A stretch of DNA of 64,000 nt from positions 434,001-498,000 of the forward strand of contig NIVC01000568.1 of NCBI GenBank assembly GCA_002269645.1. The letters are read 5' to 3'. Below are positions 24,551 through 38,400 of the stretch, piece after piece (within the stretch, counting starts at the first letter, position 1; each line of letters starts with the position of its first letter). Origin of the DNA: Macrostomum lignano. Taxonomy: Eukaryota. The position numbers and the translations under genes were made by a program. The notes below the pieces were generated by a model. It was not told the DNA's origin and searched no databases. It was given only the letters and a program-made list of their open reading frames with translations.

Positions 24551-26149
24551 CTATCAAGACTAAGAAATGTCCTTCAAGACTCGGTCGAATGTTGATGGAC
24601 TGATGCAAAAATAATGCTCTGGAACTTGTAGCAAGCATTTGCAGCAAGCAAACTCGTAAAACGGAAGCAGTGTTGCAAAATTGAACACAAAAATTTGTCC
24701 CGAGATTCGGCACTCCTGGGATTGCAATCCCTAGACACAAGATACAACGTACCAATACCAATACCAACTACCAGGCTACCAGATTACTTAAGACTAAAAC
24801 TTAAATGAGAGGCGAGAGCTAGCAGGCAGCAGCCTAGCCCTAGTAGTGGACACTGAGCGAAACCGTGGCAGAAACGGGTGGGTCAGTGTCAGTAGGTGGC
24901 CAAACGAAGGGTGGGTGGGTGAATTTGTGGGCGCCGGGACAAGTGCTGCTGCTATCGAAAACAAAACTCAGTCCAAGGCGCATCCACCGGTAAGGGTCAC
25001 CCAGCCCCCCTCTCCAATCTGAAAGGAAAACAAAACCAAAGAGCGGCAATGCCTGACTTGAGGGTGTGTATGTACAACGATGTACGTTAATTCCAGCCCG
25101 GCGGAAAAACTCACACTTCGATCCGGACCGCCTAATTGGTCAGTTGGAGGTGGGGTGCTCGCTGGGGTGTTGGGGTGAGGGGTGCTTCTCCAGACAGTCC
25201 CCCTCAAGTTAGGCCGAAAACCCTGCTTGCTATGGCTTGAAGCTTGAAATTAGGTTTGGGTTGATAAAGAGGTGGTGGGGGTCTTAAAAGCGCGCCCGTG
25301 TTGTATTAAACGTCTCTGCTTGTTATATAGTGAGTCATTTTAGTTTCTCGCTGTACATAGCGGCACTGGCCCCTTCCTCCCCCAGCCCTCTGCTAGCATT
25401 CAGTCCATTCTCTCTTTTTAATTCAATCTGGGGGGACGGGCCCTCACCCACCCGACACAAGCGCATAAAAGTAAAGCAGGGGGCACGCCTTCGTTTTACT
25501 GTCTTACTCGCTCCGCGTTGCACGTAGAACCAGCGCGGTCATCCAGAGAGATAGCGCAGCACAAGGTAAGACGAAGAATCAGAAAAGCTTTAACCGGTTA
25601 ATCAGTAATACTGCAACAAAGACGCTTTCGAAGCCTGGTTTGTTGCCTGTGTTGCGGGTTATGAGTTATGACAAGCTTATTCAGGACTCGATTGTACTGC
25701 CTCCCCCTATTTATCACTTAAATTAATCTCTGGTTTGTGCGGGAGTACCCGTCTAGAGCATGCCGATCTGATGTTGAAAAACGATCTGCGTTCATGACTA
25801 GATTGCTACTCCTTAACAACCTTGGATTGTGCAACGGATTGTTCATTTAGCATTACGCAAATTTGATTTGATTCACGACTGTTCCATGATTTATGATCAT
25901 ATTGTGTTCCATGTTGCTCTTTGTGTTGTGTTAATGTTCATTGTTCATTCCTCATCCTGTTCTTGAAATATTTGAAGGCTATAAAAGTTTATCTAGGATT
26001 AGGAAGTTATCCAGTTATTCTGCTAAAAAAAATAGAATCGGTCAAAGTGTGAAGCTCCTCTTTTGAAACATTAACCTTATGGTTAAACACAACTTCATAG
26101 AAATAGTATGTTTCTTGTGGACTTGTGGTCGCTTTTAACTCCGAACTAC

Positions 26150-26204
26150 CCTCATTTTACCCTCCAAAATCCGCCCCCCCAACTAATTTCTGGTTGCGCT
26201 ACTG
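26150..26204. mobile_element. Terminal fragment of the 26961-27290 MITE family
   Basis: Ends TTTCTGGTTGCGCTACTG, the reverse complement of the left end of the 26961 element. Confidence 0.6.
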
Positions 26205-26960
26205 ACAATTAATAAGAAACCAGAGTATTGAAGTCTACGTCCTGCGTCCCACTCTACAGTCGGCCACTCTTGATCAGTTATTTATTCAGCTTTAAATATC
26301 AGGTACTCGAAATTGCTAGCACTGCTACTTCGAGTACTTTGTGATAACTTGGAGCTTGAAATATTTCGACAAAAAAACGAACAAATAAATACAAAAGATA
26401 TTTCAGTGAACATTAATTCAGCCTTGAAAGCTGTGAATTTATCTTGTACTTGTGCTTGGCTCACTGTCACCAAAAAATATTGAAGCGCATACTGCATGTG
26501 CATGCAGAACACGCTTGCGCATTATAATAAAAAATAAACATCAGAAAAATTCTGGCCACTGTCCAGGAAACGCAGCCCGAGATCTGGAATTGACACCCCC
26601 TCCAGACAAAAAAATGCTGGGCAAGATATCGAAGATCTTCACAGAATTCTCGATTACTTTCAAACAGCGATTAAATCTATCTGGGATCTGGCCAACTTGT
26701 TCTCACTGCAAAGGTGGGTAGCTTTTCACAATTCATGAAATTTTATCATCATTGTAAAGTTGGGATGCAGACTATAACTTTATTCCTTAAATTGAATTTT
26801 TAATAGTTTGACTGACTTTTTTAGGAAAGTGCAGCTCCATCAAATCATATCGAGTTTCTTTCACACGCGTTCAGATTCGGAATTAGAAACGCGGTATAAT
26901 CCCAATTCTGGTAGCCCCCAATTCTCAAGAATTCCAGAATCGATTTTACAGCACAGTTTT

Positions 26961-27290
26961 CAGTAGCGCAACCTGAAATTTGTTAAGGGGGCGGATTCTG
27001 AAGGGTATAAAGACCCGAGGCGGGCGGATTCTGGAGGGTAAAGACCCGAGGGGGCGGATTCTGGAAGGTAAAGAGATCCGAGGGGGCGGATTCTGATGGG
27101 TATAAAGACCCGAGGGGGGCGAATTCTGGAGGGTAGAGACCCGAGGGGGCGGATTCTGGAGGGTAAGAGTAAAGATCCGAGGGAGCGAAGGATTTGGCTG
27201 TTTTTGGCGAAAATTCGCTTGGTCCCCCATTGATTTTTTCAGGTCTCAGCTTAAAGGGGGGCGGGGCACCCCCCTCTGGTTGCGCCACTG
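26961..27290. mobile_element. hAT-type MITE (330 bp) with an internal ~29-bp tandem array
   Basis: TIRs CAGTAGCGCAACC / GGTTGCGCCACTG, 8-bp TSD ACAGTTTT at 26953-26960 and 27291-27298, and internal GGGGCGGATTCTGGAGGGTAAAGACCCGA repeats. Confidence 0.9.
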
Positions 27291-27544
27291 ACAGTTTTCC
27301 CAGTTCATCAAACTTTAATCGATTGGGAAGAAGTCATTCAGCTTAAAACAAGCCAAATTTATACAAACCTAACGTTTGTCCAGTCAGGTTAGTCTGCTTC
27401 GGCCAAATTGTTTGGAAAGAGTGTCATTTCCATGTTCAAGAACTGTCTTAGAAATGATTCAATTCGAAGATAAAAAATGAACACTGTGCCCAGGCCGGTA
27501 AAAATAATTTTCTGTTATTGTTAACAAAGTAACATTTTCCAGTT

Positions 27545-30097
27545 CTAAGAAGCGTCGACTCGATTTCGGCACCACTTTGTCCACAACTTTTTTACTTGTT
27601 GTTGACTCGCTTCTCTGTCGGATTCAGGGCTGGAGCTTTGGCTGCTGCTGATGTAGTCCAACTCAAATTCATCAGGCGTAGCTGATCTGAACGTTTTGTT
27701 GTCTCGACTGTCCACCATCTCGGTGGTATTGTGATTGGTAGGAATTGTGTAAGCGGCAGGAAAATTTGACCTACCTGCAGATGTAGACGGTGCAGTCCGT
27801 TCGCGTGGCAGCTCTGCGCAACTTCCTGTGTCTACGTGTACCTCAATAGGAGAAGCAGAGCTGCTTTCATCCGTCTGTTTATCTTCATCGCAGTCGGAAA
27901 CTAAAATACTTCCAACTTCCATAGTTGCGCCGTTTAAGTTGTGAATGTAACTATTATTTAACACGGTGGTTGGGTCTGTAAAAAGTAGTTCCCTTCTGTC
28001 TTTTGGATTGTCACAAGTCGTATGATTCGCAACGGCAGCTGCTGGTTGACTAATTTGTCGATAGCTATTATTAAAGGCATCAAATTCAGCGGAAACTCCA
28101 AACTTAATGAGGTCTGCATCATCAAGTTCGTTGTCAACCGGCGCAGTTTGTGAGTCGATGACGAATGAAAAGCCTGCGTCATTATTATTACTGGCGGAAC
28201 TGCGGGACGAAAGCTTTTCCTCTCTAGAACCTAGCACTTCAAATATGACGCGTCCACTGTCTTCGGTAGTTACATGTACCTCTTCTGGTTGGGCAGTTTT
28301 GTTTGCTGCAGAAAAGTCGATCAGGTCTTGCTTCTTCGCATGGGCAGTTTCGTTTGCTGCAGAAAAGTTGACCCGGTCTTGCTTCTCCTCATGGGCAGCT
28401 TTGTTTGCAGCAGAAAAGTTGATCAGCTGGTCTTGCTTCTCCTCATGGGCAGTTTTGTTTGCAGCAGAAAAGTTGATCAGCTGGTCTTGCCTCTCCTCAT
28501 GGGCAGTTTTGTTTGCAGCAGAAAAGTTGATCAGCTGGTCTTGCCTCTCCTCATGGGCAGTTTTGTTTGCAGCAGTAAAGTTGATCAGCTGGTCTTGCTT
28601 CTCCTCATGGGCAGTTTTGTTTGCAGCAGAAAAGTTGATCAGCTGGTCTTGCCTCTCCTCACGGGCAGTTTTGTTTGCAGCAGAAAAGTTGATCAGCTGG
28701 TCTTGCCTCTCCTCATGGGCAGTTTTGTTTGCAGCAGTAAAGTTGATCAGCTGGTCTTGCCTCTCCTCATGGGCAGTTTTGTTTGCTGCAGAAAAGTCGA
28801 TCAGATCTTGCTTCTCCTCATGGGCAGTTTTGTTTGCGGCAGAAAAGTCGATCAGGTCTTGCCTCTCCTCATGGGCAGTTTTGTTTGCAGCAGTAAAGTT
28901 GATCAGCTGGTCTTGCTTCTCCTCATGGGCAGTTTTGTTTGCGGCAGAAAAGTCGATCAGGTCTTGCCTCTCCTCATGGACAGTTTTGTTTGCAGCAGTA
29001 AAGTTGATCAGCTGGTCTTGCTTCTCCTCATGGGCAGTTTTGTTTGCGGCAGAAAAGTCGATCAGGTCTTGCCTCTCCTCATGTGCAGTTTTGTTTGCTG
29101 TAGAGAAGTCGATCAGGTCTTGCCTCTCCTCCATTTCGTACACATAGCTGTCGCTGTCATCGTCATCATGATCTAGTGATCCTCCTGATACATGGAATTC
29201 GTGTATTTTCGCGGCACTGCTGCTACTAGACTCCTCAGCGATTTTACTGAGTATGAACTCGCGTCCATCTTCATCTCCCTGCCTTGTCACTTCAAGTGCT
29301 TGTACACGAGGAAAGAGACAATCAGCTGTGCAAACACGGCCAGGGCCTTCTATAGTGGGCGTAAAGCTGAACGTATGGTTAATAGGCATATCTATGGATA
29401 TTTCGCTCTGCATTGCGACATCAAAGGCGATCACGAAGCACTTTCCAATATCCTCGACCTCGTCGGAATAAACCATCACGTCAGATTCCAAGGCTGGATG
29501 AATATTGTTGTCCATTTCAGTTACCTTGCAGCTGTGAAGTGAGGCTTCGGAGTTGCTGTAAGAGTCTTCCGATTCGACTGCGTCAGTAGACAGTACATGA
29601 AACGATTCTGTTGTTTCTCTTCTAATTCGCTTTGGAATTCCTGAGCTGGAGTTGCGCAACCGAGACCGCGCAGACCGCGTTGTTGCTGTCGACGAGCCAT
29701 CTTCCGTTTCTGGTGTCTCCCAGTCGCCGCTCGCTTGTTCCGTCAACTCCGGTCGTTGAAAATCAATTTGTTCAACGCCGCCATGCGGCTGCCTGAACAG
29801 ATCTCGAATTCTCCCGGCAGGATGTTGCCGCTGATACACGCTGACTGGCGCAGGCTTAGCGACGAATTTATTGGCGGTGTTAAACTGACTGTCAGCTTGA
29901 TCTTCGCTATCTGTCTCTTCAGTCGAGCAGCTACCGTCGATTAGTACAGGTGACCATTCACAGGTGCTCTCATAGCATTCTGTCGTAGTTTCCATTACAA
30001 CTCTAGCGGCTCTAACTGAGCTGGCTTGAGAGGCTGTAGTAGAATTTTCGCTAAAGTCGCGCGAGTGCGAAATTTTTGATGCTGTAATTTGCCGCAT
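27545..30097 (-). CDS. 850-aa acidic, Ser/Thr-rich low-complexity protein (or large exon) with 16 tandem 17-18-aa repeats
   Basis: 2.55-kb uninterrupted frame, including ~320 aa and ~250 aa of non-repetitive sequence on either side of the array EE(R/K)QD(LIDF|QLINF)(S/T)AANKTAH. Possible donor CAA|GTAAAA near 27594. Confidence 0.7.
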   Translation of the reverse strand: MRQITASKISHSRDFSENSTTASQASSVRAARVVMETTTECYESTCEWSPVLIDGSCSTEETDSEDQADSQFNTANKFVAKPAPVSVYQRQHPAGRIRDLFRQPHGGVEQIDFQRPELTEQASGDWETPETEDGSSTATTRSARSRLRNSSSGIPKRIRRETTESFHVLSTDAVESEDSYSNSEASLHSCKVTEMDNNIHPALESDVMVYSDEVEDIGKCFVIAFDVAMQSEISIDMPINHTFSFTPTIEGPGRVCTADCLFPRVQALEVTRQGDEDGREFILSKIAEESSSSSAAKIHEFHVSGGSLDHDDDDSDSYVYEMEERQDLIDFSTANKTAHEERQDLIDFSAANKTAHEEKQDQLINFTAANKTVHEERQDLIDFSAANKTAHEEKQDQLINFTAANKTAHEERQDLIDFSAANKTAHEEKQDLIDFSAANKTAHEERQDQLINFTAANKTAHEERQDQLINFSAANKTAREERQDQLINFSAANKTAHEEKQDQLINFTAANKTAHEERQDQLINFSAANKTAHEERQDQLINFSAANKTAHEEKQDQLINFSAANKAAHEEKQDRVNFSAANETAHAKKQDLIDFSAANKTAQPEEVHVTTEDSGRVIFEVLGSREEKLSSRSSASNNNDAGFSFVIDSQTAPVDNELDDADLIKFGVSAEFDAFNNSYRQISQPAAAVANHTTCDNPKDRRELLFTDPTTVLNNSYIHNLNGATMEVGSILVSDCDEDKQTDESSSASPIEVHVDTGSCAELPRERTAPSTSAGRSNFPAAYTIPTNHNTTEMVDSRDNKTFRSATPDEFELDYISSSQSSSPESDREASQQQVKKLWTKWCRNRVDAS

Positions 30098-32451
30098 ATT
30101 CTTTTTTCTTATGAATTAGGAAAATTCGATTCTGGCTTTTTAAAATTGCTCATGTAAAACGCACGTATTTATTAAAATTAAAATGAGGCTATTCCAATAC
30201 AATGTATAAATTGTCTGTGGTAGTTTTTATAAATGAAACTGCACGTGGCTATCGAGTACTATGTGTGACGATTAACCGGCAGACTCGAAATTAACTGAAG
30301 AAAACAAATACAGCAGAGGCAAATTTTGTAGCGGTAGCACTTGATGATAGTAGCGAATGATGCGGGCGGTGGCCGCAGTTCTTATTTATTGTAACCGTAT
30401 GAGTGGATAGTTAGGGCTCGTTATTATCGATTCCGTCTGGGTAGTTAATAGAGATGGGCCGGAGTATTTGCTGAATCCGTAAGGAATGCACTGGGCGGCT
30501 ACGCAACAATAAGATCGATAGATGATAGATAATAGAGCGAGTCGATGAGCCTGAGGCAATGGCGACGATGTGATGGCAGTGATCGTGTGGTGGCGGTACT
30601 CGTAGCGAGAACCCCTTTACAGACGGTAGTGGTGGCGTGATCGAGAATTGGCGGTGGCGGTGGTGTGACTGAGACTTGGCAGAGGCGCGGTTTAGAACTG
30701 TGGCGGAGTGAGAAGACGGGTAAACAAGTAAACAATTAGGGTCTAACCCCCAGCCAGACAGGACTGATAAAGACCGGGCTGGGGGTGGGTGCGCGAGGAG
30801 AGCTTAATTTCAGGCTAGCATAATTTATGCGCGGCTTTTGATCTATTGGCCGGCGAGAAAAACCAGCTTGAAAACAGAAATTATCGATCGCATTGTACAT
30901 AGGCTTTACAAACGCACGCAATGTTGTTTAAAATTCTTTGGGCATTACTTTAAGCAGACGTTAAAGTACGAGACCATTAAATTAACAATATAATACGTCG
31001 TAGATTAGCACTGCTTTCGCTAAAACGGCCCTTGTCGGGGCTACCTCAACTGACAACGTCACAACTACATGTAAATCCACAAAATTTTCTTTCTTTGAGA
31101 AGTCCGAAGTTATATCCGTTGCAAGTGACAGCACGGGTTCCCAATTGTGGATCTTATTGTTGTTATACATGCACATGCATGCGCTACATGTACATGTACG
31201 TAGGTACACATAACATGTAGATGCACATGTACAGCTATACCTATAGTAATGCTGTGTGACGTTTCCTGAGACCAGAGGGATTCTTTCATTTCTCACTATC
31301 TATTCTCACTTGAATTCATGATGAACTGAATATATGCAGGTTTTTGGTACATGTACATGTATTATGTAACATTAGTGCAAGTACATGTACGAGTGCCTCA
31401 GCTGCAATAGTAATCAATATAATGTGCATGTTCCCTTCTTTCATTATATAAATGCTGATCAACGTGAATAAAGAAATTGAATAAATTATAAGAAAACATT
31501 ATTTAATGCTTTCATTATACAATACAAACAAGGGGACTGACTACTCAACTCCCGTATGAGTATTGAGTGGTCCCTAACCTAGGTAAAAATAAAATGTATT
31601 AATTTATACCGACAATTTTATACCGACCAGATGCTAAACTCGTTTTTCTCGTACTAATCAATTATTATCGCGCATCTACGTACTTCGGCATGTTCTCTGG
31701 CATGCTCCATTATGCTTTTGACCGCTTTTGCAGCTTTAAATACCGCAAAATTAATTTAAAATCGTGCAAATTCATGAAAGTTCAACAAATTCTCGATTGT
31801 ATAACAAAAAATTATTATCATGCAGCAAACAAAAAATATATAGATTAACTCGTATTGGCCAAACAGGCTGTTCAGCTCCTGTGGTTTAGCTTGAGCCACT
31901 ATTAGTACTACTTACTAATAAGCAATAAAAGTTCTATTATTCTGTTCCATAACAACTAAGGACCACGTATCATTGATGCGATGAAAAAAGATTTTTTCTA
32001 TTTCCGAAGTGTATTTTTTCCAGGAAATCGACCTCCTAAAAATTTACACGATCTTAGAGTTCGTGTGATTTTATGTACAGTTGGGTCCCTGCCATAACTA
32101 TGGCACAAAAAATACCCAGACTAAAATAATAATCATAAAATAAGCGCTACAATAAATGAGCATGACAATTTTTTACGCTGCAGTGCATTTGAAATTTATT
32201 TAATTAAAAACTAAGTACATTTGGAAAAAACAAAAAAGCAGTTTTATTGTTAATTCTTGTACTTCTTTTGTAATTTTTGTTTTTTCTTCTTTACGTGGGT
32301 TTACGATAATTTAAATGGCGAGATCGACGCACAAATTTTCTAATTTTTGCGCATTTTTTTTTCGAAACTTTGTTGGTTAAGGTTCTTTAGTTAAAAAATC
32401 ATTTAATGCTTAAGGTCTAGAATAAATTGTTTGCTTCATCGAAAAAAGTCA

Positions 32452-32493
32452 ATGGCGCAGCCTATTCCCATAAAATTTCAGGAGCATTTTCAA
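32452..32493 (+). CDS. CLTC: Clathrin heavy chain exon 1 ([14 protein letters not shown]), too short for the ORF track
   Basis: ATG...CAA|GTAAGT. The 14 codons match the known CHC N-terminus MAQILPIRFQEHLQ. Confidence 0.93.
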
Positions 32494-35400
32494 GTAAGTA
32501 TTTTAAAACATTAAACAACAATTTGTTTTGTTCACTGAATCATGCGATTTAATTTGTACCATTTTACTGGGATTTCGTTTGTGCTTTTTACAATGTAGCA
32601 CTATTCACATTTTAAGAGTTTCTGTATGTAGAATATAATCATTTCCTTTGCCTTCGTTCGACTTAGATATTTCTTGTGTGCAAAAAGAATGCTTGCTTAT
32701 TAGTTATTTTTTACTTTTTAGACAGCTACGGCCTAGTCAGACACAATACCAATACCGATACTTCAAATTTCCTTAATCATACTATCATAGCCTGCGAAAA
32801 TTAGTATTAAAAATAATCTTAAAACTGTAGGGCCAAATCTAGGACTAGGGAAAGGTATGTAGAAGCTTAATTTATGCCTTTATATTTTTTAAGAGATTGC
32901 ACTTTGTAAAAACAAAGTATTATAATAAAGTATCAGAATTGGTTTCAACCCACTTTGGCAAAATATTTTTTTAGTAAAAGTCAATAAAGACAAAAATACT
33001 TTAGTTTCACAGTGACCATTTTGTCTAAAGCTAGTAATTATGTCAAAAAATTTGTTAAGATTGATCTAGGCCTCAATGAAGAGTTTTTATTGTTTTAAAA
33101 ATTCAAAATAAAAAAGGAACTTTATAATAGACTATGAAGATATTATATAGTTATATCTGCAAGCAAGCAAGATTTTCATTTTAAGTATAATAGATATGTA
33201 ACAAAATACCCTATTGGAATAAATGTTGAAAACCCGCGGACTTGCGCTTTAGAAAAGTCAAACTATTTTACCGCACTTTAGGATTAGGCCTATTAGAGAT
33301 GTTCCAAAAAGAGCTGCAGTTTTGTCAAAATCAAAATTCGCTAACTTTCCAAAATCAAAACTGAAATTTCCTGAAATCATAACTTAGCAAAACAAAGTTT
33401 AGTAGGACCAATACTCACTTTTTCACTTTTAATTTATTGCAAAATGTAATACATGTATATGTAGTAGAAAGTAGTTTTTTTAGCAACTTTTTAGACACTA
33501 TCAAAATTTATACTTCTAATTTTTTTCAAAATTGAAATTCACTCTTAAAAATTTCAAATTTTGGAAAATTGAAATTGAATTTTCGGAACAACCTTAAGCT
33601 TAATAAATTAAAAGTGTATAAGCCCCTTCCACAGAGGTATTATACCCATTTCCATGTATATGTATTTGCTAGAGCAGCAGCCAGTAAGAAAGGGCAGCGC
33701 ATGCGCAGGTGCCATGCCTGTGCGCGCACTGCGCTTTAGAAAAATTTCAAAAGTGCGCCGGACACCGTCCGCAGTTTTACAACTTTTTTCCTATAGGGAC
33801 AAAATATATTGTTGCTATAACATAAGTTGTTATAATTGTAAATTATTGCTAGTTTTTTTCTAGGAGTCATTCCTTTCAAAAGCATGATAAGCCATTTCAA
33901 TCAGAGGGTAAAAAAGGTTTTAGTTACAAGCAAGGTAAAACCAAAAATACTAAAATTAAAAGAATAAAATATATAATTGATTTCTTATTTAGTAAGTAAT
34001 GCAATACATTGTAAATATGAATAGTATAAAAAATGTCAAATGTCTTCAAGTTTAAGCATTTGCTACTACTCTTTAGTCAGGATGATGTATATTACGCCAG
34101 AAATTTCCGGCATACAATTGAAAATTTTACTTTTTGGCGTACCTTTTGGCGTGATGCTATGGTGTAAATACGCCAAGCAGCGTATGCCAACTCCAACCTT
34201 CATGCCAAAGTTAATATTAACAATTGTTGGTATAACGACATAACCTCAGAATCTTATTATAAAATCATAAAAACTGTAAAACTTGTAAGATAAAAGTTCA
34301 TAAATTTGTGATTTATAAAAATTTAAAATTCCATGCAAACTAATCGTGTAATTTTCTAAAAAACTTTAACAAAAAATTGATTTTTGTTGGCATTATCTGT
34401 AAGCCAATTTACTTTAAATGAAAACCACACATTTGTTAAATAATTATTTGAAGAAAAAGAAAAGTAGACAAAAATGTGTAACACACAAAAAGGTCATTTA
34501 TTGTAGCAAAGCCTAGAAAACCTGGCGTAAGTTCCTAGGACCTTGGCATACGTTTCAGTATAAAGTGGCATAGATTTTTTAGGGGACTTTTTATTCCAGT
34601 GTATACCATGATATGATCCTGACTATGGCTACTACTACCTTGGCCAAACTAATCCAATTGGCTTAGAGGCAAAATGGTTTATGCCCATGGCCAAAATAAT
34701 CTATGGGTGAAATGGTCTATGGAAAAATGGTCTAAGGACAAAATGTCTACGGTCTAAATTTTTTATGGGCAAAACAAAAAATTACCCTTTTTCTATCGGC
34801 AATTTTATTATTTGATTAATAGAATTTTTAGGTGCCATTCTATTATGGTGGGATTTCAAAATATAATTTAGGAACTAAAACTGAAAAACCATTCTATCAT
34901 TCCTAATCTTTTAATTGCACTTTGCTATTAGCTATAGCTAAGTCATGAGTTTTTAAATTTACTAATTGAAAAGGCAAGTCAAGTCAATGAATAATTCATT
35001 AAACCTAAAAAGGCCTATAATCACCAATGTGGTATATTTGCAATTATAAATAGCTTATCTTTTTACCAAAGTAGTCATTTTCTTTTGCCAAAAATATGTT
35101 TTAATAAACTAAAAATTCACTTTTAAGTGTCTTTTGCAAAAAATTCCTTTGCCTAAATGGGCTGCACTTTCAGAATTAGGATATCAAAGATAATTAAATT
35201 TGGGTATCAGACTCTTTGCAGCTATTGGTGATTTTTAAAAAAAGGGTATTAGATTGGTACTTTTTACCAATACTTTTTTGAACATTGTGCCTAGCACTGT
35301 ATTTAATAATATACTATAAATAAAAACCAATGCTATATTTAGCTCTACAAGTTTTCTAATCATAGAAGAAACTAACAATTTTGGGTCTATACCATATGTC

Positions 35401-38400
35401 AATGTGGTATGTGTCAAACTTCTAGTTCTATATTTTCACATAGGTACTTATGAATTCTAAAACAATTGAACATATAGTCAAAGCATAAGCTATGCTAATA
35501 GTCATTTTTTATTACTAAATTGGCAATTTGCAAATCAAGGCAATCTAGCAAGTTTCTTTTAAAATTACTTTATAAGTCAAATGGCCTAACCTAAGAAATG
35601 CATGCTTCCTTGGTTATTAGACTGATGCAAATTGCAGTGGAGCTAAAGATACACAAATTCCATTTAGTGCTACAAATTGGCAAGAAAGATGACATGATCA
35701 AAGCTTGAGAACAACCATGAGAGTACTATGTCTTATAAACCGGCTTTCTAAGCATATGGGTAGACTTTTATCTCAAAGGCCAGATAAAGAATGCAGCTTA
35801 TGGCTAAAGGGCAGATGAGAGTAGAAAGAAGGAATTGACAATTCAAAAAGGAGAGGCAAGAAGGGGATAAAAGAAAAGAAAGAAAATAATAGGAGAGATA
35901 AGAAGGTGAGGACAATAAGAGAAAGAAGGGAGAGAGGAAAAGTGAGATAAGAGAGGAAAGAGTAGAGAGGAGAAAGAAGAGAGTAAATGCATGAAAGAGT
36001 AGAGAGCCATATGAGAGAGAAGTAAAGAGAAGAAAGAGGTGAAAGGGAAGAGAAGAGAGAAGAGAGGAAATAGTAAGAGAAGATAAAAGTTTCAAAGGAT
36101 CCAAGGGATGTAAGGAAAGTCAAAGGCAAAGGCCAAAGCTTGTCAATATATGTTTTAGAGTCAGATAGAATTGCTTGAATTCAATCCTTGACATTCAGCA
36201 CCCCAGCCAATAATATCAAATGTTTGCTTCAAACTCCACTTTATATTTACCTATATCCTACTAACTATTAAAAAGTTTTTGATTGAGTATGGCCTCAGAC
36301 TTCAGAATATATGCAAAATAGTTCCAGGGATTGGAATTCCCTAGGTTCAAAATCTATCAGTTTCAATAGCTTGTATAAATATAAATAAAAAACAAAGAAT
36401 AATAGTTATAGACAAAACATTTTTGTAAAATTTGTATAATTTATTTCCCCACTTGGTATTGTACAAAATATGCTTTTTTATATATGCTATACACTAATGC
36501 TTTTTGTATATACTATTATACACTGTGCTGTCTATGTTAGACAGTGTAGACTCTGTAGAGCTTGACCACTTTCTGTTACACTGCACTAGGTAATGTGATG
36601 CTAGACTTACTTTCTGCATTAGAATTTCCTACAAAAAGGCCACCTTCCTAACTATGGCTATTACCCCTGTAAGTTATTATCAAGACTAATGATGGCCTAA
36701 ACTGAGTTTATAGATTTTACTGCATTGTATTTTGGTAATTGTGTTATCATTTTGTTAATATTTTGTTTTAGTTCCAGTTACACATTTTGGCACCAATTTG
36801 AATTTAATGTGCACATCTACAGTTATGCTAGTTAGGTATATGGAATTTCTATTATCTTAGACAAGGCCAAAACAACTAAAATATATGATGTTTCAAAAAG
36901 TAAAGTTCTGTGGGACTTCTACCAGTTTCTATGCTTTTGGAGCCTAACATTTGGAATCCCAGGTCCTCAGCTTGCTTTTCAATGTTTTAATTGATAACAA
37001 TTAAATTATAAAGTAATCTATTCAGAACTTCTCTACAATGACTTTATTATTGTTATTGTTATTATATTATTAGGGCAAGCATTTATTTTATTGAGCTTTA
37101 TACCCTTATCCTATATATGAAGTCCTAAGTAGCTAAAAAGTTTAGAATAACTTTTTTTAGCCAAACCTTTTTAACATCAGAGCAAAGAAAAGAGGGACTA
37201 TTGTATGAAAAGTAACTTAGGATAGCAAATAGCTACTTTGTATAGTAGATAAGGATGGGTATTATTAGCATAGATTGATGCTGATAAAAATGAGAATAAG
37301 TACTTTTATTTTCCTTTGGCTTACTTGGCTGACATTATGTGTAAGTTCGATGCTTGATTTGTCCTTGCCTTTCATGTTCTAAGTCGCACAAGTGTTTCTG
37401 TTTGATGCCTCAATTGCAAATAATTCGAACTCATTTTTATTCAACCCAGCTGCAAAACATCGGCATCAACAATGCCAGCATCGGGTTCTCCACCCTCACC
37501 ATGGAGTCGGATCGGTTCATCTGCATCCGAGAGAAAGTTGGCGAAACCGCCAAGTAGTGATTGTGGACATGAACGATCACAATAATCCTACTAGGCGGCC
37601 AATATCGGCCGATAGTGCCATCATGAATCCCGTTAGCAAAGTGATCGCGCTGAAGGCCGGCAAGAGTTTGCAAATATTCAACATCGAATTGAAATCGAAA
37701 ATCAAATCGCACGCCATGACCGAAGAGGTCACCTTCTGGCGTTGGATTACTGTCAATACTATCGCTTTAGTGACGGAGACGGCCGCTTATCATTGGAGTC
37801 TGGAGGGCGATTCGACTCCAGTGAAGATGTTCGATAGGCATGCCTCGCTGTCCGGCTGTCAGATAATTAACTATAGGTGCGACAATAGCCAGAAATGGCT
37901 GCTAATCATAGGCATATCGGCCCAGCAGAATCGCGTGGCTGGAGCTATGCAGCTGTATAGCGTCGAGCGCCGCGTCTCCCAGCCAATAGAAGGCCACGCC
38001 GGCGTGTTTATGGAATTCCGCGTCGAAGCCAATGCCCAGCCGTCTAATCTGTTCTGCTTCGCCAATAGAGGCCTGCAGGGAGCCAAGCTGCACATTATTG
38101 AAGTTGGCCAGCCACCGTCTGGCAATCAGCCCTATCCGAAGAAGCAGGTAGATCTGTTCTTCCCACCCGAGGCCACTTCGGATTTTCCCGTTGCTATGCA
38201 AGCCTCTTCTAAGCACGGCGTTATCTACATGGTCACTAAGTACGGCTATATTCACCTGTATGACTTGGACACGGCCACCTGTCTCTATATGAACCGGATC
38301 AGTAGCGAGACTATTTTTGTCACCGTACCGCACGAAGCCAGCGGCGGTATAATGGGCGTTAATAGGAAAGGCCAAGTGCTCAGTGTCAGCATGGATGAGG

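Noticed and set aside
24790-25565. LTR-like or DIRS-like segment
   Set aside because: Candidate termini lack a convincing TSD or second copy in the window, and there are no coding motifs.
26540-26715. Minus-strand peptide LFESNREFCEDLRYLAQHF resembling a RhoGEF DH helix as a next exon of the 850-aa gene
   Set aside because: It needs an unproven frameshift and has no compatible acceptor; too little similarity to support.
28107-29176. Plus-strand 346-aa and 300-aa ORFs
   Set aside because: Antisense shadows of the repeat in the 850-aa minus-strand ORF; they do not extend far beyond the array.
33294-33596. Old hAT-like MITE (TAGAGATGTTCC...GGAACAACCTTA) in clathrin intron 1
   Set aside because: TIRs are degenerate and the putative TSDs match only ~5/8.
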